38,514 nt of DNA from Thraustochytrium aureum (taxonomy: Eukaryota): positions 177,863 through 216,376 of the forward strand of contig BLSG01000378.1 of NCBI GenBank assembly GCA_012862495.1. The letters are read 5' to 3'. Every line of letters begins with the position of its first letter. Within the stretch, counting starts at the first letter, position 1. Shown piece after piece: positions 21,885-33,500 of the stretch. The position numbers and the translations under genes were made by a program. The notes below the pieces were generated by a model, which had not been told where the DNA came from, made no database searches, and saw nothing but the letters and a program-made list of their open reading frames with translations.

Positions 21885-22209
21885 NNNNNNNNNNNNNNNN
21901 NNNNNNNNNNNNNNNNNNNNNNNNNNNNNNNNNNNNNNNNNNNNNNNNNNNNNNNNNNNNNNNNNNNNNNNNNNNNNNNNNNNNNNNNNNNNNNNNNNNN
22001 NNNNNNNNNNNNNNNNNNNNNNNNNNNNNNNNNNNNNNNNNNNNNNNNNNNNNNNNNNNNNNNNNNNNNNNNNNNNNNNNNNNNNNNNNNNNNNNNNNNN
22101 NNNNNNNNNNNNNNNNNNNNNNNNNNNNNNNNNNNNNNNNNNNNNNNNNNNNNNNNNNNNNNNNNNNNNNNNNNNNNNNNNNNNNNNNNNNNNNNNNNNN
22201 NNNNNNCGA

Positions 22210-22235
22210 GTGCCTGCCTGCCTGCCTGCCTGCCT
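22210..22235. repeat. (TGCC)n tetranucleotide microsatellite
   Basis: tgcctgcctgcctgcctgcctgcctg is directly visible. Similar GCCT/AGGC runs occur at ~3541-3553, ~30650-30659 and ~34938-34955. Confidence 0.85.
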
Positions 22236-22822
22236 GTGCGCCTGGTGGTCGATGAGGGTCTGCGACAGGCGTTGTCCTGCAGTGAAACAAAGGCCGACAA
22301 AAGGCCGAGGATACTCGATCAACATGATGGGGAGAACGACGCGTTGGTGATCAAGAGCTGGACAGGCGTGATGCCGAGCTCCTTGTCGAGCCATCGATCG
22401 TGATGGAGGCCCGCACGCCTTGTCGTGTGCTGGACGTCGCGCTCTGGCCGATGCTTTGTGGAGCCGGGCTGGACCGCGAGTGCTGGTGAGCGGTTTGGGG
22501 ATGCGCCTGGGCTCCGGTTGCACTGAACGTACTCGGCGGTTTGAGCTGGTGCATGCCACCTTGGTGGTGCGCGAGCTCTGCTCACGGGCGGTTGCTGTAG
22601 AGAAACTGATGGCGGTGCTTGAAAGCCCGGCGCAGTGGTTCCCACCCAACCTCGCCGCCGACCTCACTTGTCGAGTTGAGCACTCTACCACGCAGCTTCC
22701 AGTTTTGCGCGGTTCGCACTGCAGTTGGCCCGCGCGGCGAGGACACGGGCCACCGAAAACGTTCCACATCTCATTCCATTCTTTTTCCTAAGCTCATAAG
22801 ATGAACAAACTGCCGGGAGCCG

Positions 22823-23758
22823 TCAGTCAGACTTTTTCACACCGGGTGGCTTTGCGGGCGCATACTTGTCGTGCTGCGCCATTTCCTCTCGCTCGGCTTG
22901 CTGCCGCGCCGCCTCGGCTTGAAAGGCGGCGCGCATCTCGCCGAGGTACCAGTTGACGAGGAGAGTGAGAACCAGCGAGAGACCGCCGATGTTGTAGATG
23001 TGTATGTTGCCATTTCCAGTCAGGATCAAGATGACGAGCAAAGTGGCCAACGCAATCATCGCGCCGTTAAAGACTTGGGAGATGAGCGGGTTGCGCATCG
23101 GGTCCAAGAACCGCTCGAGCCTCTTGATGAAATCCTCCTCCTGGTCGTCCTCCTGGTCGTCCTCTTCCCGCTCAGAGGGCTCCTCCTTCAGGTCCGCTGG
23201 TGCCTCAGACCCTGAGCTCGCGAGGGCGCAAGCGGGCGGCTCGCCACTGGGTCCCGCCGGGGGCGGCGCCTTGTGATCGAGGTACAGCTTGGTGATGTTG
23301 TCGCACGTTGCCGTGGCCGCGGGCGGTCCCAGGTACCCGAGGCTGAACATGTTGGAGAGGATCCTAGCGCCGCGGTCGAAGGCAGCCTGCACGAGGGCCA
23401 TGAGCTGTTCGTTCCCCCGGACGCTCAGGTACATGAAGAGCACAGAGGCGCGATCCAAGTCGGCTACCTTGCAGATGTCCCCATGGCGCACCTGAACCAA
23501 GTGGCCCACGCCCGCCTCCTGCACGAGCAGCCGCGCGCGCTCGACAAACTTGAGGTCATACTCGACCCCAACGCACTCGCACCCAAACTCGCGCGCCATG
23601 TGCACCAGCAGCCGGCCGTCGCCGCACCCCAGATCAAACACGACGTCGTTCTGGCGCAACCGCGCCAGCTCGCAGGCCTGCTCGATCACGCTGCCCGAGC
23701 TCGGGTTGAACGGCGCGAGCTTCGGGGCGCCCTCGACATCCTGCGCCAAGTCAGCCAT
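22823..23758 (-). CDS. FAM173/ATPSCKMT-like SAM-dependent protein lysine methyltransferase fused to a C-terminal Pkr1-like two-TM domain
   Basis: KLAPFNPS, NDVVFDLGCGDGRLL (motif I), VGVEYD, HGDI, ASVLFMYL and ARILSNMF. An acidic linker follows, then FIKRLERFLDP..NP...FNGAMIALATLLVILILTGNGNIHIYNIGGLSLVLTLLVNWYLGEM. The ORF is intact with no frameshift. Confidence 0.85.
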   Translation of the reverse strand: MADLAQDVEGAPKLAPFNPSSGSVIEQACELARLRQNDVVFDLGCGDGRLLVHMAREFGCECVGVEYDLKFVERARLLVQEAGVGHLVQVRHGDICKVADLDRASVLFMYLSVRGNEQLMALVQAAFDRGARILSNMFSLGYLGPPAATATCDNITKLYLDHKAPPPAGPSGEPPACALASSGSEAPADLKEEPSEREEDDQEDDQEEDFIKRLERFLDPMRNPLISQVFNGAMIALATLLVILILTGNGNIHIYNIGGLSLVLTLLVNWYLGEMRAAFQAEAARQQAEREEMAQHDKYAPAKPPGVKKSD

Positions 23759-24184
23759 CTCGTGGCCCCAATCCAGCCCCGACCGNNNNNNNNNNNNNNN
23801 NNNNNNNNNNNNNNNNNNNNNNNNNNNNNNNNNNNNNNNNNNNNNNNNNNNNNNNNNNNNNNNNNNNNNNNNNNNNNNNNNNNNNNNNNNNNNNNNNNNN
23901 NNNNNNNNNNNNNNNNNNNNNNNNNNNNNNNNNNNNNNNNNNNNNNNNNNNNNNNNNNNNNNNNNNNNNNNNNNNNNNNNNNNNNNNNNNNNNNNNNNNN
24001 NNNNNNNNNNNNNNNNNNNNNNNNNNNNNNNNNNNNNNNNNNNNNNNNNNNNNNNNNNNNNNNNNNNNNNNNNNNNNNNNNNNNNNNNNNNNNNNNNNNN
24101 NNNNNNNNNNNNNNNNNNNNNNNNNNNNNNNNNNNNNNNNNNNNNNNNNNNNNNNNNNNNNNNNNNNNNNNNNNNNNNNNNNAG

Positions 24185-27100
24185 ATGCGGTGGAGCGTCA
24201 CTGGGGTTTGAGATTGGAGCACGCCCTGATGGCAGGAGCGCCGTTCGCAGGGCCGATTGCTGTTCTCCCTGGGAGCTCGGGACGCGGAGCCCAAGGCGAG
24301 CTGTTCTCCATGTGCGGCGAGTCGCTCGGCTCTGTCGCCGTGCAGACGCGCTCGCTCGTCGAAGGCGGGTTGGGGTGGCTTGCGTTTGCGGAGGGCATGG
24401 GCGCAGAGCTGCTGGTCGCAGTGCACAGCAACGGGGACGTGGAGGCCTTCACGAGCCGCGGTGAGCCGCGGCCGCGACGCGGCCCGTTCTTGTCGCTTTG
24501 CTCGGACCGGCAGGGCCTCGACCTTGCGGTGGTTCGCGCGTGTGTCTTTGCAGAAGGGATCGCCGTCGTCCTCGCGAGCGGTCGCGTGCTCCTTGCCATT
24601 GTGGACGACGAGATCAAGGTGGTTGTCATGAACGGCGGGGTTCACGTTCTCGAGGACCCAAGCCACGACCCCGTCCTGTGCATGGCCGTTTCAATCAGCA
24701 AGGCGCCTCTGCAGACCACGCGGGAGAAGGTCGAGTCTGCTACCGTGTTTCGTGTCTACGAAAGCTGGCCTCGTGTTTTCAGTTCGGGCCGAGTCGGCCC
24801 AAGAGGTATTCGTGGGGACAGGGACGGACGCGGACGCGGGCGGCGCAAGTCCCGAGAGCAAGGGCGCACCTAGGCACGGCGCCGTGCAGCGGCTGTCCGT
24901 AGCGCCGAACGGCCGATTCGTCGCCTGCTTCTCCTCGTCTGGATGGCTAACGGTGATGAACACCGCCTTCACGAAGACCGTGCTCGAGTTCGACACGAAA
25001 GCCAGAGTGGCTCCGCTGCAGCTGTGCTGGTCGGGGGAGGACAGCGTGGTGCTGAGCTGGAAGCAGCTCGGGCTGCTCATGGTCGGCCCGTACGGGGACT
25101 GGGTAAAATACACCTACGACGAGGCAGTGTTCCTCGTCCAAGAAGTGGACGCCCTCCGGGTCTTGAGCGCCGAGCGCATGGAGCTCTTGCAGCGCGTCCA
25201 TCCCAGCGTTGAGGCGATTTCGCGCATCGGATCTTTCGCGCCTTCTGCGATGCTCTGCGACGCAGTCGAGGCGATGCAGGCGGGCGACCCCAAAGCCGAC
25301 ACGAGCTTGCGGGCCATCAAAGACGAAGGCTCTCTGGTGGAGGCTGTGCAAGAGTGCATCGTCGCGGCTACGACGGAGTTTGACGTCGAGCGCCAGGAGA
25401 CGCTGCTCAAAGCGGCGTCGGTCGGCAAAGCGTTCTGCGACCTCGACCACGAGCGTCGCGAGTGCGCCTCTGCCTTTGTCCTGGCGTGCAGCGCGCTCCG
25501 CACACTGAATGTCATCCGCCACGAGTCGGTTGCCCTTCCACTGACGATGCAGCAATTCGAGCAGGTCGGCGCCCGCCGGCTCGTTGCCCGACTGGCAGCA
25601 CGTCGCCTGCACCTTCTGGCCCTCAAGCTGTGCTCGTACCTCGGCGAGCCCGCCGCGGTCAAGCATGCCATCCTCATGGACTGGGCTGCGGCGAAAGTCT
25701 CTGCGCCACTTCCGCAGCCAGAGCCATGCTCGCCACCATCAACGTCGTCCTCCTCGGACAACTTGGGCGAACAGGTGCACGAGGCGCGGCATCGCACTTT
25801 GTCGGCTCAAGAACCACACAGCACGCCAGCGGGCTCGGTTCAGGCTAGAGGTTTTCGTCCGCAGTCTACGCTGCTGGAGGGTTGAGTGTATCCTCCACGA
25901 GCGCGCATCTGTCATTGGGGCGTGCCTCCTCTGCGACGAGCGGGGCGACGGCGACGAAACAAGACGGCACCCTTCGGTCAGACAAGGAGAGAGCGCCGTT
26001 CCAGACCGTTCATACCAACCTTGCCCCTGCTAAGGGGGTGAGGCTGGTACAGGGTTGCGCGCAGCTTGGACGAGCCTGGACACGCCAATGCGGTGCCCGC
26101 CTCTCTGTCCGGGGCAGGCACTGCGACAGGTCATGGCGCCAGTGCCGGAAACAGGTCAACAGCGGAGAGAAGTGCTTCTTCGAGGACAAGTACGGTGGGC
26201 GGGTCGGGCTCGCAGACCCAAGCAGACAGAGAGCGCGCGCTGTTTGAAGCGTTGCTCGCGCCGGTGCGTGGGATGAGGACAAGTGCGGGCTCGCAGACCC
26301 AAGCAGACAGAGAGCGCGCGCTGTTTGAAGTGTTGCATGCCAAGCTCGCGCCGGTGCGTGGGATAAGGTACGCGAGGCTGGCGCGTCTCGCGCGCCGCTC
26401 GGGCAAGCCACTGCTGGCAAGCTTGTTGACGCACGCAGAGCCCGTCACGTTTCACCGCGTGAGGCAACTCCTCCGGCTGGGCGAAGTTGCCAAGGCGCTC
26501 GCATACGCTGTTCATGCGCACGACCCTTGCTTGATTTTGTTTGCAGCGCTCTGGGCCTGGCCAAGCCACGAGTCCCCGTTGCTGGAGCCCGGCAAGCGGC
26601 CGCCAGCGCCGGACAAGGCCGCGGCTTTGCGTCAGCGGGCCGCCTTCCTCAGCACGGTGGCACAGTTTCCTCTGGCGCGCAGCGTGCTTGCGGCATATTG
26701 CCATGCGGCGCGTGAGTGGGGCATGCAGCGCGACCTGCTCGAGCAGGGGCGCAAGGCGCACGAGGCCGCCTTCCTCGTGGTCCAAGAGGCGTATCAAGCG
26801 GACACGCTTGAGCGGCGCTTTGACAAGCTCGGGCTCGCGACAGAAGTGTTCAAGGACAGCGAGCGCGGCGCTTCTGCAGCGTTTTACCAGAGTGCAGTCT
26901 CGGACCAGATCCGCTTGCTCCGGGTGCAGCGCGAGCTCGAGGCGCTCACGGGCAAGGCGTTCTTCGTGGACAACTCTCTGGCGGACACAATATTCAATTG
27001 TCTCGTGCTCCAGCTGGACGACAAGGCGCAGGAGCTCAAGGACACCTTCAAAGCATCCGAGACCCTGTTCTGCCACATCCGGATCAAGGCCCTTGCTCAG

Positions 27101-27412
27101 CTGCGCGAGTGGCCGCGCCTCCGCGCGTTTGCAGCTCAGAAGCGCTTGCCGGTCACCTATTTAGCCTTCGTTGAGGCTTGCATGGAGGCCGGCAACGCTG
27201 ACGAGGCGCGCCACTACGCGCTCCTGGTCAAGGACGACGCGCAGCGCCTCCAGGCGTTCGTGCAGACCGAGTCGTGGGAGAACGCGGTGCACGCGGCGGC
27301 GCAGGCCGGCGACATTGCAACTCTCCAAATGATTCGGAACAAGACAGACGACGAGGAGCTCAAGCTTGCGATACTTCGCAAGGTGCGCTCTGCTGAGGGC
27401 GCTGGGGCGTGA
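24185..27412 (+). CDS. VPS16: Vps16 (HOPS/CORVET core subunit); start in upstream gap, frameshifts at ~24205, ~24750, ~25880, ~26052
   Basis: AGAPFAGPIAV, SVAPNGRFVA, PLQLCWSGEDSV, VGPYGD, EVDALRV, LLKAASVGKAF, LRTLNVIR, ILMDWAAAKV and the C-terminal block FVDNSLADTIFNCL...IKALAQLREWPRL...FVEAC. Confidence 0.93.
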
Positions 27413-27600
27413 GCCGCGTCTGCTGGATCGGACCTCGCAGCGCGATCTGCAATGGGCCCAGGAACCCGAAGGGGTCTATCTTGTTTTATTGGATTTTTTT
27501 TAAAAGCTTTCGCCAGGCGGGCACGGGCGTCGGCCTTCCAGGTCTGCTTCGTCAACGCCTACCTGCTTGCTGTGCCTTTGCGCCACCTTGTTCTCCGGCC

Positions 27601-30585
27601 TCATTCGTCAACGTCAACCTGCTTGCCGTACTTTTTCTCCATCTTTTCCAACAGGATTGCCTCGCGGCCAGCGAAGCGATCCATGATCTTGTCGAGTGTG
27701 TCCAGCTTCTCCGGGTTGTACTTGCGATAAAAGGCTTCCACCTTGGCGCGAATGTCAACCACGTCTGCGCTCGATTCCGCACTTGAAGACTCGTTTGGTG
27801 CTGCGTCGGTTGCCGCGGCGCCCTCTGTTCTGGGAATGGGCGGCGGCGGTGGCTTCGCTTCCGCCGGGGCGCCGGATCCAGCAGCCAGCTCTGCGGCAGG
27901 AGCGCTACCTTCGGGGACGATACCGGATGGCGATCGGGCTACGGGTGCCGGCGTTGGCTGGGCGGGCTCGTCCAGCGCAGGGCTCGGAGAAAGGGGGCGG
28001 CTCGGGGGCGGCGGCTTTGACGTTGTCGAAGGCGAGGCTGGGGCGATTTCGCTCTCAGCGGTCGAGGGCCTGGACGTCGGCAGGCCGCGGGCGCTGAATC
28101 CGGCCCCAGCGATGCGGCGCGAGGCGCCGCCTCCGAGCGAGGGCCGCCCTGGAGGTGACGGGCCAGACTTGTGTTCGCCTTTCGGGAAGCCGCACTTGCA
28201 CGTGTTGAAGGCANNNNNNNNNNNNNNNNNNNNNNNNNNNNNNNNNNNNNNNNNNNNNNNNNNNNNNNNNNNNNNNNNNNNNNNNNNNNNNNNNNNNNNN
28301 NNNNNNNNNNNNNNNNNNNNNNNNNNNNNNNNNNNNNGGCGAAACTGTGAGCAAGGCCCGCCGCGCCCTCCGGCACAGGGTTGTCCATTTGGTCGTCCGT
28401 CTCGGCCCTTTTGCTGTTTTCGAGCCTGCAACAAGGCCCGCATTTCGTCGTTGGCCCCACCGCCGAGGCCCGGCAAAGGCCCGCCTAGACCAGCTCCCAC
28501 GAACGGGCGGGCAGGCTTAACCTCCTCACTTTCGCCAGCTTCAAATCCCTCTTGGTCTTGCCCGGTTTCCGTGCGAGAAGTGGGAGTCCCTCCGCCAGAC
28601 GCGGCGGCTGCGAGCGCTTCGCGCTCCTCCCTCGCGCGTTTTTCTTGTCGCTCAAGTCGCTCGAGGAGCTCGGCTTTGCGGCGCTCCTCAGCGCCAAGCT
28701 CATCCTCCGCAGTGTCGGCTTCCCGTCCGTTGTGCTCCGATCCCATCCCTGGGGAAGGCTCGGCGGCGTCTCCACCGCCCTCGACTGCCACTGATTCGAC
28801 GGGCTCTGGCGTTTGCGCGCAGTCCTCGGCGCCAGTTTCGTCTTGGTCTTCAGAGCACGCTGGCAGCGGCCGAGCGAAATCGCCGCTGCCGCGGCGCTAG
28901 CCGGTGCGACGGCTGTTGAGGCAATCCTGCGAGAACTCGGAGTCCGCATCGCTGGCACGCAAACTCGACCCCGAAGAAGACGACGACGTGCTGGTCGCGT
29001 GCGTAGTTCGTGTTGCAGAGTGGTCCTCGACGCTGGACTCTGATTCACGCTGCGCCAGCCTGGTTGGAACAGGAGGCGGCGGCGGCGGCGGCGGCGGCTG
29101 CGGCGACGAAGATGTCTGCCGTAGTTGCGCGTCATCGCCTGGGTCAAGTTGCCGAGTTGACTGGCGTGCAGGAAGCGGAGGCGGGGCGATGGGGGTCGTT
29201 TCAGGCGCCGCCCCTGCGCTTTGCTCGCCCGCACCAAAGCGCGCGCTGGCGCCACGACTCGGGAGGGGCGGAGGGAGCGACGGGGGAGCGCTGCCAGCGC
29301 TATCCGTTCGGGCCGGCAATGAAGGCGGCCCGCGAACCTGTTCGGCCTGTATTCCTGGGGTTGTCGAATCTGACGGAGAAGGGGCTTGTGCAGCTGCGGC
29401 AACCTCGACCTCGCTGGCAGATTCGTCGACTGCAGAGGAATCGTCGTCCTGGTCGCTGCAAACCTCCTCGTTCTCCTCTTCGCCGTCTTGCTCCCCGTCG
29501 CGGGCAAGCGAATCGTCATTGGACATCTCTTGGTCCTCCTTGGGCGCCCTCTCGGCATCGTCGGATATGACGTCGCCATCCTCCACGTCGTCGCGGGGCG
29601 GGAGAGGGGGCGGAACGTCCGAGTCCACAGCAGAGTCAGCATCGCTCGGCACACGAGAACCTCGTGCCGAAGCGGCAGCAGCCAAGGCTAGTGCCGCAGG
29701 GGGAGGGGAGCGGGACAGGGGCCTGCTGAAGCGGGGGCCGGTGCGATTCAGGTGCAGNNNNNNNNNNNNNNNNNNNNNNNNNNNNNNNNNNNNNNNNNNN
29801 NNNNNNNNNNNNNNNNNNNNNNNNNNNNNNNNNNNNNNNNNNNNNNNNNNNNNNNNNNNNNNNNNNNNNNNNNNNNNNNNNNNNNNNNNNNNNNNNNNNN
29901 NNNNNNNNNNNNNNNNNNNNNNNNNNNNNNNNNNNNNNNNNNNNNNNNNNNNNNNNNNNNNNNNNNNNNNNNNNNNNNNNNNNNNNNNNNNNNNNNNNNN
30001 NNNNNNNNNNNNNNNNNNNNNNNNNNNNNNNNNNNNNNNNNNNNNNNNNNNNNNNNNNNNNNNNNNNNNNNNNNNNNNNNNNNNNNNNNNNNNNNNNNNN
30101 NNNNNNNNNNNNNNNNNNNNNNNNNNNNNNNNNNNNNNNNNNNNNNNNNNNNNNNNNNNNNNNNNNNNNNNNNNNNNNNNNNNNNNNNNNNNNNNNNNNN
30201 NNNNNNNNNNNNNNNNNNNNNNNNNNNNNNNNNNNNNNNNNNNNNNNNNNNNNNNNNNNNNNNNNNNNNNNNNNNNNNNNNNNNNNNNNNNNNNNNNNNN
30301 NNNNNNNNNNNNNNNNNNNNNNNNNNNNNNNNNNNNNNNNNNNNNNNNNNNNNNNNNNNNNNNNNNNNNNNNNNNNNNNNNNNNNNNNNNNNNNNNNNNN
30401 NNNNNNNNNNNNNNNNNNNNNNNNNNNNNNNNNNNNNNNNNNNNNNNNNNNNNNNNNNNNNNNNNNNNNNNNNNNNNNNNNNNNNNNNNNNNNNNNNNNN
30501 NNNNNNNNNNNNNNNNCTCCCCCTCCCCTTGCGCTGCCGAGGGCTGCCGCTTCTTGCCGATCTTGATCTTGCTGAAGAAACCCAT
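27601..30585 (-). CDS. Long acidic/Pro-rich low-complexity protein with MG-polybasic N-terminus, a Cys/His motif and a small conserved C-terminal helical domain; interrupted near 28897 and by two gaps
   Basis: Starts MGFFSKIKIGKKRQ. Contains polyproline tracts, a coiled coil (ERRKAELLERLERQEKRAREERE), PCSQFR...FNTCKCGFPKGEH, and the C-terminal KVEAFYRKYNPEKLDTLDKIMDRFAGREAILLEKMEKKYG. The two ORF halves are in the same frame across a TAG at 28897-28899. Confidence 0.65.
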
Positions 30586-33500
30586 TCTGCACGGCCTGTC
30601 GCGCCCGCGCGCAAGCAGCTCGTTTGCGTCTGCAGCTCGACCCGCACGGGCAGGCAGGCTTGCTTGCTATCCGTCCTCGCGACCCTCGATGTATCCTCCA
30701 ATCCTGAACTGAACACAAGTACTTATTAGCAAGTCAACGTGCTTGATGAATCGATCCCGCCAAAGCCAATAAGCGTCAGGGCTCCATGGAGCAGCGCAGG
30801 CAGCTTGCCGCAGAGGAGCATCGCGGACTGTGCTGCAAGCGCAGTCGACTTGCTGAGGACGAGCAGAGCAGGCTGGCCTCTCCAGAGCACGGTGGAACGA
30901 CCGCGAGGCCAAAACCGGTGTTCGCGCGAGGTTTCACTCAACGGCAAGCGAGCGGCCGACCGGTACGCGCTCCGCGTTGCTCCTGACGCTCTGGCGGGCC
31001 AGCGCTGCTGGAAGGGCCCCATCGGCGGCGTGCTGGCCGACGAGCTCGCCCGGACCCTGGGTGCGGGTTTCGAGCGGTCCATGTCCCAGCCCTCGTCGAG
31101 GGCAAGGCCAAGGCCAAGCCCACCGCAGCGCGCTTGCCCGAGACTCAGACCGTGGCCGAGCAGGCCGAGCTCGGCGAGGTCTTCAAAACGTGCCGGCCGG
31201 GTTCAACTCGACGCGCAAAACGCAGCTCAAGGCTAGCACGACTACCAAAGAGGCAGGCGGGGGGCTGACCTCGCAGGGGCAGCCGGCTTGACTTGCTGGC
31301 CTCCTCGCGGCCCGAGGACTTGATCAGGAGCGAGCTTGGCGAACTCAAGTCGCGCGTCGTTGCGCCAAGATTGAAAAGCACTTGCAGAATCCAACTACTT
31401 AATTGGTAGACTGGCCGCTCGGCGAGCCGCTCGGCGCGGCGCCGACTGAGAATCCTCCGGTGCAAAGCGGGCGTCGTGCTCGACGCGCGAGAGAACTGCG
31501 CCGTGCTCATCCATCCACAGGTCGGCGAGCGACTCACTGCTCGACAACGAAAGCGCCGGCATAGTCAAAGCGCGAGGCAAGGCCCAAGGCGACAAGACGT
31601 TTGCGCGGACGTCGAGCAATGGCGCGCGAGCCTGGCGCAAACGCTGCAAGGTAGCGAGATGAGGGCCTCGGCCAAAGCCGCCCAGTCAGCGGTCGAACCC
31701 GTGCGTCGTGGAGCGCGGTCTGCAATCAAGCCAGCCGAGTTGTACCGAGCAGAGTCCTCCTCGGTTGACCTTTTTGTCCCTGGGCGGACATGGCTGGACG
31801 GTCGTCCCAGGACGGACAGGCGCTGAGTGGACGACTTGTCCTCACTCACGAATTATCATCACAGTTGTATCGCGAGAAACGATCAAAGTCTCATGACGGT
31901 GTTGCAGCTGTGAGGGAGACGTTTGCGACTTTGNNNNNNNNNNNNNNNNNNNNNNNNNNNNNNNNNNNNNNNNNNNNNNNNNNNNNNNNNNNNNNNNNNN
32001 NNNNNNNNNNNNNNNNNNNNNNNNNNNNNNNNNNNNNNNNNNNNNNNNNNNNNNNNNNNNNNNNNNNNNNNNNNNNNNNNNNNNNNNNNNNNNNNNNNNN
32101 NNNNNNNNNNNNNNNNNNNNNNNNNNNNNNNNNNNNNNNNNNNNNNNNNNNNNNNNNNNNNNNNNNNNNNNNNNNNNNNNNNNNNNNNNNNNNNNNNNNN
32201 NNNNNNNNNNNNNNNNNNNNNNNNNNNNNNNNNNNNNNNNNNNNNNNNNNNNNNNNNNNNNNNNNNNNNNNNNNNNNNNNNNNNNNNNNNNNNNNNNNNN
32301 NNNNNNNNNNNNNNNNNNNNNNNNNNNNNNNNNNNNNNNNNNNNNNNNNNNNNNNNNNNNNNNNNNNNNNNNNNNNNNNNNNNNNNNNNNNNNNNNNNNN
32401 NNNNNNNNNNNNNNNNNNNNNNNNNNNNNNNNNNNNNNNNNNNNNNNNNNNNNNNNNNNNNNNNNNNNNNNNNNNNNNNNNNNNNNNNNNNNNNNNNNNN
32501 NNNNNNNNNNNNNNNNNNNNNNNNNNNNNNNNNNNNNNNNNNNNNNNNNNNNNNNNNNNNNNNNNNNNNNNNNNNNNNNNNNNNNNNNNNNNNNNNNNNN
32601 NNNNNNNNNNNNNNNNNNNNNNNNNNNNNNNNNNNNNNNNNNNNNNNNNNNNNNNNNNNNNNNNNNNNNNNNNNNNNNNNNNNNNNNNNNNNNNNNNNNN
32701 NNNNNNNNNNNNNNNNNNCAAACTGGGTGTCGAATCCAGTGCGCCGCCTCGGCGCTCGCCGAAACCCGGAAAAAATGCACGAGCTCGCCTACCGCACTGC
32801 GATGTCTCTAGCCACCTGAGCTTTCATGCCTGCTGATGCCTGCTCGACACTCTTCCCAGCATGCGGCTCGCGTGTGAGCGCCAGCGCTGAGCGGGCGTGG
32901 CGCGCTGCAGGCTGCGAGCTCTGGCCCGACTCGGAGACGCCATTTGGTCGACACGCGCAGGTGCAGCGCAACGAGTTGCACACGGCGGCAGAGGGGCGCG
33001 CCCCGCAACGCCGTCCACTGCACAGCGATGTTTTCCGGCGTCGCGGTCGCGAAAATCCTGCGAAGAGCATTTGCGCAGCGGCTACATTCTCGTCACGGCG
33101 AGGGCGGCTGGTGCTGCAGCCGCGCCTCACAGCAGAGCTCCGACTTGCATCGACAGGGCAGAGGAGCAAAGCACAGTAACGGTAGAGTAAGTGCTCTTCT
33201 CTAGGCCTACTCTCCTTTCCTTTGCGCGGCAGGCTCGACTGGCCGCTCTCGTGCCTGCCGCGCGCGAATTCGTGCTGCGCAGGTGAGTACGCTATGAGAG
33301 GCAAGGTACTCTGGAGTAAGTAGAGCACGGGCGAACGACACCCCCTCTTGTCTCAGGATCGATGCGGATCAAGGCCAGAAAGAGGCAGAAGCGGCGCAGA
33401 TCGGGGCAGCGCCTGCCAGAAGACGGCCTGCAGGAGCGGTGGTAGGTGGACGTCATCGCTCTCCTAGCGCAGAGGGACGAATGCTGCGCTCGGGCCAAAC

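Noticed and set aside
28897..28899. In-frame TAG in the low-complexity gene (stop readthrough or altered genetic code)
   Set aside because: An alternative frame across the site (DASTAVAPASAAAA) fits the protein's composition better, implying two compensating indels. TAG is also used as a normal stop elsewhere (900-902, 5765-5767, 12989-12991).
27743..30712. Long plus-strand ORFs opposite the low-complexity gene (and similar antisense ORFs elsewhere)
   Set aside because: They are shadow ORFs expected at high GC content, with no independent motifs.
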